This document shows, in pieces, positions 17,188-26,398 of a stretch of DNA of 43,326 bases. A program made the position numbers and the translations under genes. The notes below the pieces were generated by a model. The model did no database searches, had not been told where the DNA came from, and was given only the letters and a program-made list of their open reading frames with translations. Every line of letters begins with the position of its first letter. The first letter of the stretch is position 1. The DNA lies in the IMG/VR virus record IMGVR_UViG_3300048783_000008, positions 1 through 43,326 of that record. The stretch is one strand, 5' to 3'. Origin of the DNA: a virus. Its lineage: Duplodnaviria > Caudoviricetes.

Positions 17188-17735
17188 CTGATATCGACCA
17201 AGACGTACCCGAGGATGAGGTTGACTTCTCTACCGAGGATGAGGATGACGAGATTGACTTCGACAATCTGTTCCCACCGGACGGACCTACCGAAGTAGAG
17301 ATCAAGTCAGTTCTCTACCAGAACTACACACGAGAGTCAGACAGCAAGCAGATCAAGGCATTCCGTATTCAGATGAACGTCGTTTCTGACGATGAGTTTA
17401 ACGGTTACGCCCTGAACCATTACATGTACATGGGTGAGACAAGCTTCTCTCCACTCGGCCGCAAGCAGTTCAAGGGATTCTGTGAAGCCCTTGGTGTTCC
17501 TTGCGAAGGCAAGATTATGATGAGCGATTTCCAGCCATCGACTGCTCAGGTTGGTAACCAGACTGGTAAGTTGCTTGGAGTGTTCTCCGGCCTTCGTTGC
17601 GGCGCCTATCTCAAGACTAAGAAGGAGACAGGCAATGATGACGTGGAGCGTGAGCAGACAAAGCCCACGTATTACATGACGATGGATAAGTTGCAAGAAG
17701 TTCTGAGCCATGACACTGGCGCAGAGCCGTTCTGA
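17184..17735 (+). CDS. Putative ssDNA-binding protein (DUF669-like; start revised to GTG 17184)
   Basis: Position after the Sak4-like gene; acidic N-terminus, FCEALG motif, C-terminal EPF. Confidence 0.6.
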   Translation: MTDIDQDVPEDEVDFSTEDEDDEIDFDNLFPPDGPTEVEIKSVLYQNYTRESDSKQIKAFRIQMNVVSDDEFNGYALNHYMYMGETSFSPLGRKQFKGFCEALGVPCEGKIMMSDFQPSTAQVGNQTGKLLGVFSGLRCGAYLKTKKETGNDDVEREQTKPTYYMTMDKLQEVLSHDTGAEPF

Positions 17736-17739
17736 CCTA

Positions 17740-17807
17740 GCTAGTAGCTAGAGGATTAGCCCCACGCCATCTCCAAGTGGTGTGGGGCTTTTCCCGTATC
17801 TACTGGT
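17740..17807 (+). terminator. Hairpin with UU/UU internal loop
   Basis: GGA-TT-AGCCCCACGCCAT-ctccaa-GTGGTGTGGGGCT-TT-TCC plus outer GCTAGTAG/CTACTGGT. Confidence 0.7.
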
Positions 17808-17824
17808 AATAAGGGGGTGATAAC

Positions 17825-19555
17825 ACGTCCGAGTTCTTTGACACGGTATTTGGAACTAACGAAGGGTATGTTCATGTAGCGTTGTTCAACAACGGTATGC
17901 CGACAAGTCGAAGGTTCATAAAGTGGCCAGAAGAAAAGCGGAAGCTTGACACCCTAAGTAAACAGAAATCAAAAGGAGACCTCTACTTTAGTCCAGCCCT
18001 CTACTCCACGACCGAGGCCACTCGAGCGGCCTGCCTGGGCAGCGCTGTGACCTGGGCAGACGTGGACGTCACGGGCGCTGTGGAGCCCTCTGCCAGCCTC
18101 CTGGTGGCCAGCGGCACCCCCGGACACGTTCACGCTTACTGGGCAGCAGGGAAGCTCCTAGAGCCCTCTCAAGCCGAGGCCTGGAATTACTACAACGTTC
18201 TGCGTTATGGGGCCGATAAAGGCGGCTGGGATATCACGCAGCTTCTAAGAGTCCCTGACACTTGGAACCACAAGACTACGCCACCAAATGAAGTTACACT
18301 TAAGGCAAGTAGTTTAGAGGTCTTTGCAGTACCAACTGAATTACTAGACCTTAGAGTACCGAAGTACAAGCATCCCGATATCCTACCTAGCCTTGAGACG
18401 GTACTAGATGGCCACGAGCTTTCTGAACCCACCAGAGACTTGCTCCGTACTGACAGACCCCCTGACAGATCAGCTTCCTTGTATAGATTGGCTTGTCTGC
18501 TTGCAGAGGATGGCTTGTCTCCGAATGAGTCGTATGCAGTACTTTCAGGAACTGATGAGCGTTGGGGAAAGTTTGTTGGTAGAGCCGACAGAGAGCGACG
18601 ACTCGAGCAGCTAGTAGCTCAGGCTAATTCTAAAGCACTCGAATTAATTGACGACACAATCCGAGAGATTTCGGAACAAAGGGGTCCTACAGGGCCACGT
18701 GTAGTCGGTTGGAGAAGTCTTGGTATCGGCCTACCTACCATTGAGTTCCTAATAGACAGCGTGCTACCAGCTAACGGCCAGATGTTACTAGCTGGCAAGA
18801 CTGGAGTAGGCAAATCACAGCTAGCTATCGGCATGGCCGCACGACTAGTGCTAGGTGCCAAAGACTGGGCCGGCTTTAAGATTAGTGTGCCTACACAGCA
18901 ACGCGTGTTCTACGCATCGTTGGAAATGGATGAACAGGGAGTCAAGTACACAACGGATCACTTGGCTCAGGTGCTGTCAGCTAGTCAGCTAGAGCGACTA
19001 GAAGAAAACCTGCTATTCATGGCAACGCTTGATTCAGTCAAGTTAGACATAGAAGGTAGAGGCTCGGCCCGCTCGTTTATCGAGGCGAAGCTAAAGCAAT
19101 TCCAACCAACAGGCTTCGTCCTCGATACACTGGGGGCCGCAACTACCAAGGGCCTGGGCGATGAAGTAGCAGTCCGTAATACGATGGACTGGATAAAGAA
19201 GCTAAGGTCCAAGTACAAGGTATGGGTTGTCTTAATAGCTCACCCACGTAAGGACCCGCCGCAACAAAAGAACCAGATACTGACACTGGATGATGTGTAC
19301 GGGTCACAGATTCAGCAAGCTGATCTTGACTCAGCTTTCATATTAGGCGCAATTAAGGGACAGTCTGAATACCGTAGACTGTACAACGTAAAGCGCCGAT
19401 TCGGCCCCGAAGCTAGTGCCGTTACCTTGCGGCGATCTAGTAACCTGTGGCTAGAACGAACAGACGAGCAGGTAGACGAGAAGAAGGACAAGGGAACTGA
19501 ATACGTAGACCTTGACGAGGACGACGGGCCTGTGTTTAACGACGAGGACTTCTGA
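17825..19555 (+). CDS. RepB-type primase fused to AAA_25/RecA-like helicase (probable ACG start; track start 17882)
   Basis: LYFSP, WADVD, GHVHAYW, DITQLLRVP.T.NHK (primase); GKTGVGKS, FVLDTL, IAHPRK (helicase). Confidence 0.88.
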   Translation, partial: TSEFFDTVFGTNEGYVHVALFNNGMPTSRRFIKWPEEKRKLDTLSKQKSKGDLYFSPALYSTTEATRAACLGSAVTWADVDVTGAVEPSASLLVASGTPGHVHAYWAAGKLLEPSQAEAWNYYNVLRYGADKGGWDITQLLRVPDTWNHKTTPPNEVTLKASSLEVFAVPTELLDLRVPKYKHPDILPSLETVLDGHELSEPTRDLLRTDRPPDRSASLYRLACLLAEDGLSPNESYAVLSGTDERWGKFVGRADRERRLEQLVAQANSKALELIDDTIREISEQRGPTGPRVVGWRSLGIGLPTIEFLIDSVLPANGQMLLAGKTGVGKSQLAIGMAARLVLGAKDWAGFKISVPTQQRVFYASLEMDEQGVKYTTDHLAQVLSASQLERLEENLLFMATLDSVKLDIEGRGSARSFIEAKLKQFQPTGFVLDTLGAATTKGLGDEVAVRNTMDWIKKLRSKYKVWVVLIAHPRKDPPQQKNQILTLDDVYGSQIQQADLDSAFILGAIKGQSEYRRLYNVKRRFGPEASAVTLRRSSNLWLERTDEQVDEKKDKGTEYVDLDEDDGPVFNDEDF

Positions 19556-19567
19556 GGGGTTGGAATA

Positions 19568-21289
19568 ATGAGGGAACTAAGCGAAGCACTGGCCGATGCT
19601 AAACTAATCGTACTAGACGTAGAGACCTTGAAGGTCGACACTTTCACTGGTAAGGATTTACTAGGCGTAGCCATTGGCGTGCCTAGGGGTATTGATGTCG
19701 ACGGCTATTACGTACTTCCAGCTGATTTACACAAATACAAGACACGTCTGTCAGAGCTTGATATAGTGGCGCACAACATTCTGTTCGACGCTGAGATAAT
19801 GGAGCAGAACGGTGTGCCCCTAAATGGAGGCTGGTACGATACGCTAACGATGGCCCACTTGAACAATGAGAATGAGTTCAACTTCGGTCTAGACTCGTTA
19901 GCTCGCAAGTATTGTGGTGTTGGTAAGCTTCCAATGAAGGAAGTAGAGAAAGCTTTCGGGCACTGGAACAACATCCCTGTAGAATTAATGGAGCCATACG
20001 CAAAGAATGACGTAGCCATTACCTGGAAGTTGTTCATGTACCTGACGGCCAAGCTGGCCGAACAGGGCCTAACTAAGCTGTACGAGAACTACAAGGAGTA
20101 CCTCAAGGCTCTACAGTACATTCAAGCACAAGGTATCGTAGTTGACTGGGATATGGTAGAGCGTAGGCGCGTAGAGGCTGAGCAACAGTTGAAGCGACTT
20201 CAATACGTAGAGCTAGGCTATGACCCATCAAAGTCTAGTGTCCTCGACTACCGTCTGTATGAAGTCGCAGGGCTGCCAGTCATTCAGAGAACCGAAGTAA
20301 CACATAAGCCAAAGACTGATGTGGCGGTTCTTCAAGCCCTACGAGAGAGTTATCCAGAACATCGGCTTGAGTTGGATCGAATCCTACGATATAGGAACTT
20401 GCAGAAAGCCAATGGAAACTGGTACGCCGGCTACCTCAAATACAAGGACGAGACGGGTCTCATACACCCCAATTTCAAAGTCCACGGGACGCAGACTGGA
20501 CGGCTATCCTGTGAAGCGCCAAACTTACAACAAATCCCGAGAGATTATTCCAGGGTTAAGTGTTTCTTTAGAGACAATCCAGCCCGATCTGAAGTACTTG
20601 TAGAGTTAGACTTCTCTCAAATTGAGCTACGGGTAGCGGCCTACTATGCTATGAAGGCCAAAGACCCCACAATGTACAATATCTATAAGGAAGGCGGCGA
20701 TGTCCACTCAAGAAGTGCAGAGCTTGTTGGAGCTTACGATCAAATTGCCAACCGATCAGAAGCTAGACAAGTGGGCAAGACAGGTAATTTCCTCTGGATT
20801 TACGGTGGAGGCCCTAAGACAATGTCTGCTCAGCTGTATCGCCAGTTTGGATTCAGCTCTAGTAGAGAACAGTGCAAGGACTGGGGCAACAGATTCCACG
20901 CATCCTACCCTGGTTTTCAGCGCTGCATTGACAAGTCCAGTCGTAAGCACCAGCGGGATGGTTACATTACCTTCTTCAATGGACGACGCCGCCGTATTCG
21001 GGAACGTGACGCCTTCGGCGCTACCGCCCACAGAAAGGCATTCAACGCCATTGTCCAAGGAGGGTGCAGCCAACTCTTAATGTACAGTATCATTAAGATC
21101 CACCGTGCAATTGAAGCAGGCGAAGTTCGTGCCCGAGTGTGCAATACCGTACACGACTCACTATGGGTCTACGTGCCAGCGGAGGGCATCGACGAAGAAA
21201 CAGAGAAGCTAAGTGCGTTGATGCGTTCGATGCCAGAGCGTGTATTTCAACTACCATTCGATATTGACGCTAAGGTGATGGTTCAATGA
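19568..21289 (+). CDS. polA: DNA polymerase family A with 3'-5' exonuclease
   Basis: Exo DVET/HNILFD/YAKND; TGRLS..PNLQQIP; DFSQIELR; KTGNF..IYG; VHDS. Confidence 0.95.
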   Translation: MRELSEALADAKLIVLDVETLKVDTFTGKDLLGVAIGVPRGIDVDGYYVLPADLHKYKTRLSELDIVAHNILFDAEIMEQNGVPLNGGWYDTLTMAHLNNENEFNFGLDSLARKYCGVGKLPMKEVEKAFGHWNNIPVELMEPYAKNDVAITWKLFMYLTAKLAEQGLTKLYENYKEYLKALQYIQAQGIVVDWDMVERRRVEAEQQLKRLQYVELGYDPSKSSVLDYRLYEVAGLPVIQRTEVTHKPKTDVAVLQALRESYPEHRLELDRILRYRNLQKANGNWYAGYLKYKDETGLIHPNFKVHGTQTGRLSCEAPNLQQIPRDYSRVKCFFRDNPARSEVLVELDFSQIELRVAAYYAMKAKDPTMYNIYKEGGDVHSRSAELVGAYDQIANRSEARQVGKTGNFLWIYGGGPKTMSAQLYRQFGFSSSREQCKDWGNRFHASYPGFQRCIDKSSRKHQRDGYITFFNGRRRRIRERDAFGATAHRKAFNAIVQGGCSQLLMYSIIKIHRAIEAGEVRARVCNTVHDSLWVYVPAEGIDEETEKLSALMRSMPERVFQLPFDIDAKVMVQ

Positions 21290-21531
21290 GCTTCCAGATG
21301 CGTGAACAGATTGACAAGACTATGGGTTTCCATCCAGGAAACCCAAGTGTAGCACCAGTCTACGAAGACCTACGAGCTAAGTTCATTGCACTGGCTCATC
21401 ACGTAGACCACACCTGCCCTGATGGCCGAGTGAAGTCGTTGGCTATTACTCATCTAGAAGAAAGCCTTATGCGAGCTATTCAGTCCATAGCAATCGAGGA
21501 GCCACTTGGGCCTGAAAGGGGTCGGACGTGA
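21286..21531 (+). CDS. Acb2/Tad1-like helical-hairpin protein (candidate immune-signal sponge)
   Basis: GFHP...YEDLR...CPDGRVKSLAITHLEESLMRAIQSIA pattern. Confidence 0.65.
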   Translation: MSFQMREQIDKTMGFHPGNPSVAPVYEDLRAKFIALAHHVDHTCPDGRVKSLAITHLEESLMRAIQSIAIEEPLGPERGRT

Positions 21532-21854
21532 CAGCTAAAGGCAATGCTAAGGTATACACCAGTGCACTAACTAACACTACGGTTAACATGGAAACAGAGT
21601 TTCTACTTAACCAGGGAGTTCGATACAACGACCACGCTGGGTTCTGGCTTACAAACCTAGATGTCACAGCAGCTAACATCCTTTGGTTCCGTGACGACAA
21701 TACAGCGGCAACAGTTGAAGGTGACGATTGTTGGGTGCTTCGGCCAGGAGAGCGCTGTCAGGTTCGTAAGACCAGCTTTATCAGCTTCATTGCGGCAGCC
21801 GGTACACCAAAGTTGCTAATTGCTGGCGACAAGTCCGGTCTAGTCTATTCATAA
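21528..21854 (+). CDS. Hypothetical beta-rich protein
   Basis: GTGA coupling; alternating hydrophobic strand pattern. Confidence 0.7.
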   Translation: MTAKGNAKVYTSALTNTTVNMETEFLLNQGVRYNDHAGFWLTNLDVTAANILWFRDDNTAATVEGDDCWVLRPGERCQVRKTSFISFIAAAGTPKLLIAGDKSGLVYS

Positions 21855-21915
21855 CCCTTGTTGCTTTAAGGTTGCTCACAGTTACGCTGCGGGCTTCCTT
21901 AAAGTTAGGAGGTTA
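21852..21915 (+). promoter_or_regulatory. Hairpin with UU/UU internal loop whose base covers the whiB SD
   Basis: CTTTAAGG-TT-GCTCACAG-ttacg-CTGCGGGC-TT-CCTTAAAG; TAACCCTT can pair with AGGAGGTTA. Confidence 0.6.
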
Positions 21916-21916
21916 G

Positions 21917-22291
21917 GTGCCAATTAGAGAGCCACTACTAGGTCAATACGCAGATTTGGTACGGTGGAACTCTCCACCGTGGCTGAAAGCAGCCGCCTGT
22001 AGGAACCCTAAGTATTTCACTAATTGGTGGTTTCGCGAAACACACAGACGGACTGACATTCAACTACGCGACAAGGCTATAAGTGTCTGCAAATACGACT
22101 GCCCTGTACGGTACAGATGCTTAGCTCATTTCATTGAAGAACCATTTGGTATCTTTGGTGGATTAGATGAAGACGACAGGAAGCGACTACGTAACTCGAT
22201 GAGCCAGAAACTGTGGCATAGCCCTAATGCACTACGAGCTAAGCTTGAAAAGACTGGAGTAGAAATTGTCTGTGAAGTGCGGGTATCATGA
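21917..22291 (+). CDS. whiB: WhiB family transcription regulator
   Basis: W..AAC...WWF...C...CPVR..C...GIFGGL...DR; AGGAGG SD. Confidence 0.9.
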   Translation: MPIREPLLGQYADLVRWNSPPWLKAAACRNPKYFTNWWFRETHRRTDIQLRDKAISVCKYDCPVRYRCLAHFIEEPFGIFGGLDEDDRKRLRNSMSQKLWHSPNALRAKLEKTGVEIVCEVRVS

Positions 22292-22446
22292 AGTATAGAA
22301 TTCTAGCTTGGGTCGATGTATCCAGTGACATATCATTGGATAAAGAGGATTGTAGGCTGATTCTACTTAAAGGTTTGCATAAGCAGCCTGGTAGTGAACC
22401 GGTTGGGATTGATATCCAGGAGCATGCAGAGAAGCCGCACCGATGA
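22288..22446 (+). CDS. Hypothetical protein (52 aa), not in ORF track
   Basis: ATGA coupling at both ends; MKYRILAWVDVSSD... Confidence 0.6.
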   Translation: MKYRILAWVDVSSDISLDKEDCRLILLKGLHKQPGSEPVGIDIQEHAEKPHR

Positions 22447-22898
22447 GTTTGCTCATCTTATCGGTAGACCCTGGAGAGATTAGAACTGGGTACTGTTGGA
22501 AACTGCGACAGGACGCAGAGACTTGGCCGACCCTAAATAAAGGGATTGCACATGCTGACAGACTCAGCGAGTGGTTTGACGACTGGCCAAACTGGACCAA
22601 ATACCCCCACCACCACTTCTTTGTTCTCTGTGAGGATTTCATCCAACGGCCTGGTCTCAATTCAGAGTGGATCAAGCAGCCTACAGCTAAAGTTTACGGA
22701 GCCGTATGGCGAGAGGCTGACAGACTCGGAGCTACGTTTATTCCAACAAATCCAAACGAGCTTAGAGTCGGTGCAACACTTGCTGGAATTAAGTGGAGTG
22801 GGAACAGCCACCTTCGAGACGACCTTGCAGCAGAGGCACATGCGGCTTACTTCTGTGTCCACGGAAGACCACAGAGAGTGAGGTCCTGGCTTGGGTAA
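22443..22898 (+). CDS. RuvC-like Holliday junction resolvase
   Basis: LSVDPG..TG, VLCEDF, HLRDD acidic motifs. Confidence 0.7.
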   Translation: MSLLILSVDPGEIRTGYCWKLRQDAETWPTLNKGIAHADRLSEWFDDWPNWTKYPHHHFFVLCEDFIQRPGLNSEWIKQPTAKVYGAVWREADRLGATFIPTNPNELRVGATLAGIKWSGNSHLRDDLAAEAHAAYFCVHGRPQRVRSWLG

Positions 22899-23124
22899 AG
22901 GGCAGAACAACAGAACTATTAGCGGTGAACCTACCCCACTAGATTCTCGCATCTTAGTAGACTGGCTTGATTACACAGTCACAAAGGAAACAGCCAGTAA
23001 AGTTCGGAACTTAGGGGTCCTACAGGCCGATGTTGTAGAGTCTAATGAAATCTCTATAGTTAGTACTGGTGTCCCACACAAGAACCCACCTAAGCCCAAG
23101 CCCATCAGACATAGAGTCAGGTAA
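22891..23124 (+). CDS. Hypothetical protein
   Basis: Last + strand ORF, ending right before the terminator. Confidence 0.5.
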   Translation: MGKGQNNRTISGEPTPLDSRILVDWLDYTVTKETASKVRNLGVLQADVVESNEISIVSTGVPHKNPPKPKPIRHRVR

Positions 23125-23127
23125 ATA

Positions 23128-23165
23128 AAAGAAGCCCCCAGGCCAATAGGTCCGGGGGCTTCTTT
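23128..23165. terminator. Bidirectional terminator between the convergent arms
   Basis: AAAGAAGCCCCC...GGGGGCTTCTTT with A/T tracts on both sides. Confidence 0.85.
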
Positions 23166-23178
23166 AGTTTCTGACTGC

Positions 23179-23277
23179 TTACATTGCTAGCAACGGCTTT
23201 ACAACGAAGACTAGCAACAGTAGTACAATAATAATTACGCATATCCAACCAATGACACCACCTGGCATGTTTCCCAT
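23179..23277 (-). CDS. 32-aa single-TM peptide (holin-like candidate), not in ORF track
   Basis: AAGGAG SD; MGNMPGGVIGWICVIIIVLLLLVFVVKPLLAM. Confidence 0.65.
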   Translation of the reverse strand: MGNMPGGVIGWICVIIIVLLLLVFVVKPLLAM

Positions 23278-23285
23278 GCTGCTCC

Positions 23286-24884
23286 TTAAATTTTTAGTAG
23301 AATGGATCCGAAGTACTGTCTTGATGGACCAGAGGGTGGTGGCTCTCCATTCAGTGTGTCGACCTCAGATGTTTCGGCCACGATGACTGTAGTTGGTGAG
23401 TCATTCAGCGTGGCTTGGTCGGCCTCACTAGTAGTACCAACCATAATTGCCTGCACAGCTTCGAACAAGCTGAGCTGCTCAATCTCACTAGTTACTCCAG
23501 TGACTAGAACTTGCAAGCTCTCGAACAGTTGCAGTAGGTCAACTTCTCCTGTCAGTACAGTGATAACTGTGATTGGTGTTTCCATGAAGCCGGCCTGATC
23601 GGCCACACTAGTTATACTGGCTACTACAGTGGACGGTAGTTCCGTCATAGCTAACACGTCAACGACGCTAGTAACAGCAGTAACGTCTGTTTGAACGTCG
23701 TCGGAGTAGTTAGTACTAGTAGAGCCTAGTGAATCAGTCTCGGAAGTCTCAGCTACAATTATGTCACTGGTTTGATCGTTGAAATCAGCCCGATCTGCTT
23801 CACTAGTAATTCCAACAGCAGTTGTTTGTACAGACTCAAACAAGTCTAGTTGCTCTGGAGCAGAGGTTATCCCTACAATAGTAGACTGTACGACTTCATA
23901 CATACTTAATAGATCGGTCTCACCAGTCAGTGCAGCTACAGTAGTCTGTAGGCCCTCAAACGTACCAAGAGAATCAGACTCACTAGTTACACCAACAACA
24001 GTAGTAAGCGGCGAATCAAATAGAGTAGCTACATCAATCTCACTTGTTACACCAACAACGGTAACAAGCGGAGAGTCAAATAGCGTAGCTACATCAGTCT
24101 CACTGGTAACACTAACTATGTCGGTCTGGACGCTATCAGTATAGTTAGTTCCAGAAGGCGGAACTAAATCAGTCCAGCTAAAGTTATCCCATATAGCTTT
24201 ACTGCTGGTAAAGAGAGCTTGCTCTCTAACACCAAAGAAGCCTACAGTAGAAGATGTATCGGTCCACTCAATAGTCCAAGCTCCTGGTTCACCGGCAGAA
24301 GCTAACCAGAACTTGAATTTTATTTGAGAGCCAATAGCTTGCGCTCTAATCATGTAAGGGCCGCTGCCACTGAAAGTGAAACTAGCGTTTCCACCGCCAG
24401 AATAGCCCCCACCAATGACGGTATTAGCAACTACTTGGTTGAGGTTGATGTCGTACCAACCCATGTAGCCGTCTTGCGGTTCAGCATTGGGACCATACCA
24501 GCCATCGTCGGAATTATGCATCCTAATTCCGAGACCAGGATAGGCTTCTAGTGGTGAAGCCTCTAGCTCTAGCTGTACCGTTACATCAATATCGGTGTAG
24601 GTTTTAGCTGTGTATGTAAGTGACGTACCAATATAGGGATTAAGACCGTTCTGTTGCCACTTATTGCTCTGTACGTTCTGGCTAGCGCTTCCATAAGTAT
24701 GGGCAGTCCAACCAGTAGGCGGGCCGCTACCATTGGCAAATGTGAAAGCCTCAGTTAGGGTAGGACCAGTGAGTGGAGCAAGTTGTATTATTTGTCGTGG
24801 GGGTCTGGTGGTATCAGGCGCAGCTATATAGCTGCGTCTAAGTGATAGAGCATCATTTGGGTTTCTAGAGCTACCAGGCATCAC
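23286..24884 (-). CDS. Tail fibre/adhesin-like protein: lectin-like beta domain plus 13 x 20-aa repeats
   Basis: ConA-like strand pattern (IRAQAIGSQIKFKFW...WDNF) followed by a repeat stalk. Confidence 0.7.
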   Translation of the reverse strand: MMPGSSRNPNDALSLRRSYIAAPDTTRPPRQIIQLAPLTGPTLTEAFTFANGSGPPTGWTAHTYGSASQNVQSNKWQQNGLNPYIGTSLTYTAKTYTDIDVTVQLELEASPLEAYPGLGIRMHNSDDGWYGPNAEPQDGYMGWYDINLNQVVANTVIGGGYSGGGNASFTFSGSGPYMIRAQAIGSQIKFKFWLASAGEPGAWTIEWTDTSSTVGFFGVREQALFTSSKAIWDNFSWTDLVPPSGTNYTDSVQTDIVSVTSETDVATLFDSPLVTVVGVTSEIDVATLFDSPLTTVVGVTSESDSLGTFEGLQTTVAALTGETDLLSMYEVVQSTIVGITSAPEQLDLFESVQTTAVGITSEADRADFNDQTSDIIVAETSETDSLGSTSTNYSDDVQTDVTAVTSVVDVLAMTELPSTVVASITSVADQAGFMETPITVITVLTGEVDLLQLFESLQVLVTGVTSEIEQLSLFEAVQAIMVGTTSEADQATLNDSPTTVIVAETSEVDTLNGEPPPSGPSRQYFGSILLKI

Positions 24885-25318
24885 TCATCCACTACGACAT
24901 ACAACTCCAGTGCAGCATCTGTAGAGCCGCTAAAGTTCCAAAGCATAAGTTGCGTTGTGGCACCATTCTGGACTAACAAGTCTCTTAGTCCAAAGGTCCA
25001 GATAACACCAGCACCGATGGTAGCTGGGAGAACAATCTTCCTAATGTAGTTAGCGGCAACAGTAGCAGCGGCTGACCAGGCCGTATCAATGTTGGTCTGA
25101 CCTGTTAGTCCTGGTACACCGGCCTGAACTAGAGCACTCGTGCTAGGAGTTCCTGTAGTAGCACTACGCACAAGACCGATAGATGAAGCTACGCCAGTAC
25201 TGTTGAAGACTCCAATCTCCTGCACATAACAAGGGGTAGCAGAAGCTGGCCTAATCATTGCAATGCCAGTAACAGTAGCGGGGGCTGCCTTTGAGACACC
25301 TAAACTGTAAATAGTCAT
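24881..25318 (-). CDS. Virion structural protein
   Basis: Position in the structural arm; beta-rich, A/T/G-rich. Confidence 0.65.
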   Translation of the reverse strand: MTIYSLGVSKAAPATVTGIAMIRPASATPCYVQEIGVFNSTGVASSIGLVRSATTGTPSTSALVQAGVPGLTGQTNIDTAWSAAATVAANYIRKIVLPATIGAGVIWTFGLRDLLVQNGATTQLMLWNFSGSTDAALELYVVVDE

Positions 25319-25321
25319 ACG

Positions 25322-25849
25322 TTACTGCAACTTCGTGGCGTATGTGACTGATAGCGTGTCCGTGTTAATGAGTGTTCTAGTAGCTCCTAGAGCCTGCACA
25401 GCAATAAGAGCGCCTGTTGTACCTGATGCAGAAGTTACAATTCCCATATGTGTACAAGCTGACCATGCACCACCAGCTGTAAACACCTTAGCAATAGCGG
25501 TTACCTTATAGTCACCAGTGTCGAGAGCTAGTGTAGGGAAGTCGGTTGAGTTACGGTTCAACTGGATCCGTGCGTAGCTTGTTCCTGCGTTCTCGGCCAT
25601 TGTAGCTGGCGTACCAGTTTCACCTGGATCGGCCGTAAGTAGCGCGATGTACAAGGAAGGAGCACTTGCAGCTCGGAAATATACATCAAGAATAGACTGT
25701 TCACCACCATCTGCCAGGTAGTTGTGCAACCACGGCTGATTGGCCTCGTCAAACAATCCATCTAGTTCACCAATTCCTGACGCCCAAATTGGCTTGTCGT
25801 CACGGCAATGTACTGCCTTAAATGCAGTACCCATCCTATTATAACGCAT
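25322..25849 (-). CDS. Minor tail/fibre-associated structural protein
   Basis: LYIALLTADPG..G...SYAR...THMGI..SASG pattern typical of actinophage minor tail proteins. Confidence 0.7.
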   Translation of the reverse strand: MRYNRMGTAFKAVHCRDDKPIWASGIGELDGLFDEANQPWLHNYLADGGEQSILDVYFRAASAPSLYIALLTADPGETGTPATMAENAGTSYARIQLNRNSTDFPTLALDTGDYKVTAIAKVFTAGGAWSACTHMGIVTSASGTTGALIAVQALGATRTLINTDTLSVTYATKLQ

Positions 25850-25857
25850 ACCTAACC

Positions 25858-26385
25858 TTATCCTCCGACTTGTTTAATAACGAAAGCAGTTAAGGTAACA
25901 GCTGCTAATAGTAGCATGACGCCAAGTGTAATAGCAGCATATACGGCTGCGCTGGAGCCACGACTTTCAGTAACTTGTGTTCTTTCACCTTGCAACTGGT
26001 ATTGTGTACGACGTAGGTCAGCAATAGCTACATTAATAGGATCGATAACTGACATGAGTTTAGTCTCAAATGCAGCAGCCGTAGCAGCTACTTGAAGTCT
26101 AAGTGCATCAGCAGCCTCAGCGGCTACATCAGATGCCCTATTAACGGCGCCAACATCAAATGCACGGTTAGCGTCTAAACGTGCTGACTCAGCTGTTCTA
26201 AACTTTTCCTCGTACTCAGCCCTTAACGCCATCAACTCTTTGATGTGCGTCATCGTAATTTCACGAAGATCGTCTTGTCGCTTATTACCAGCTGCAACTA
26301 AAGCTAATACATTCTCTGTAGGATCAACTACTGGTACACCACGAGCGTCGACACCTGGGCCTGGCGGGGGTGTTGCACCGGACAC
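25858..26385 (-). CDS. Coiled-coil protein with C-terminal TM helix
   Basis: AGGAGG SD; C-terminal hydrophobic helix. Confidence 0.75.
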   Translation of the reverse strand: MSGATPPPGPGVDARGVPVVDPTENVLALVAAGNKRQDDLREITMTHIKELMALRAEYEEKFRTAESARLDANRAFDVGAVNRASDVAAEAADALRLQVAATAAAFETKLMSVIDPINVAIADLRRTQYQLQGERTQVTESRGSSAAVYAAITLGVMLLLAAVTLTAFVIKQVGG

Positions 26386-26398
26386 TATCTATTCCTCC

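Noticed and set aside
19568-21289. Z-genome (2-aminoadenine) system with a DpoZ-type polymerase
   Set aside because: No PurZ or DatZ homologue recognised in the window.
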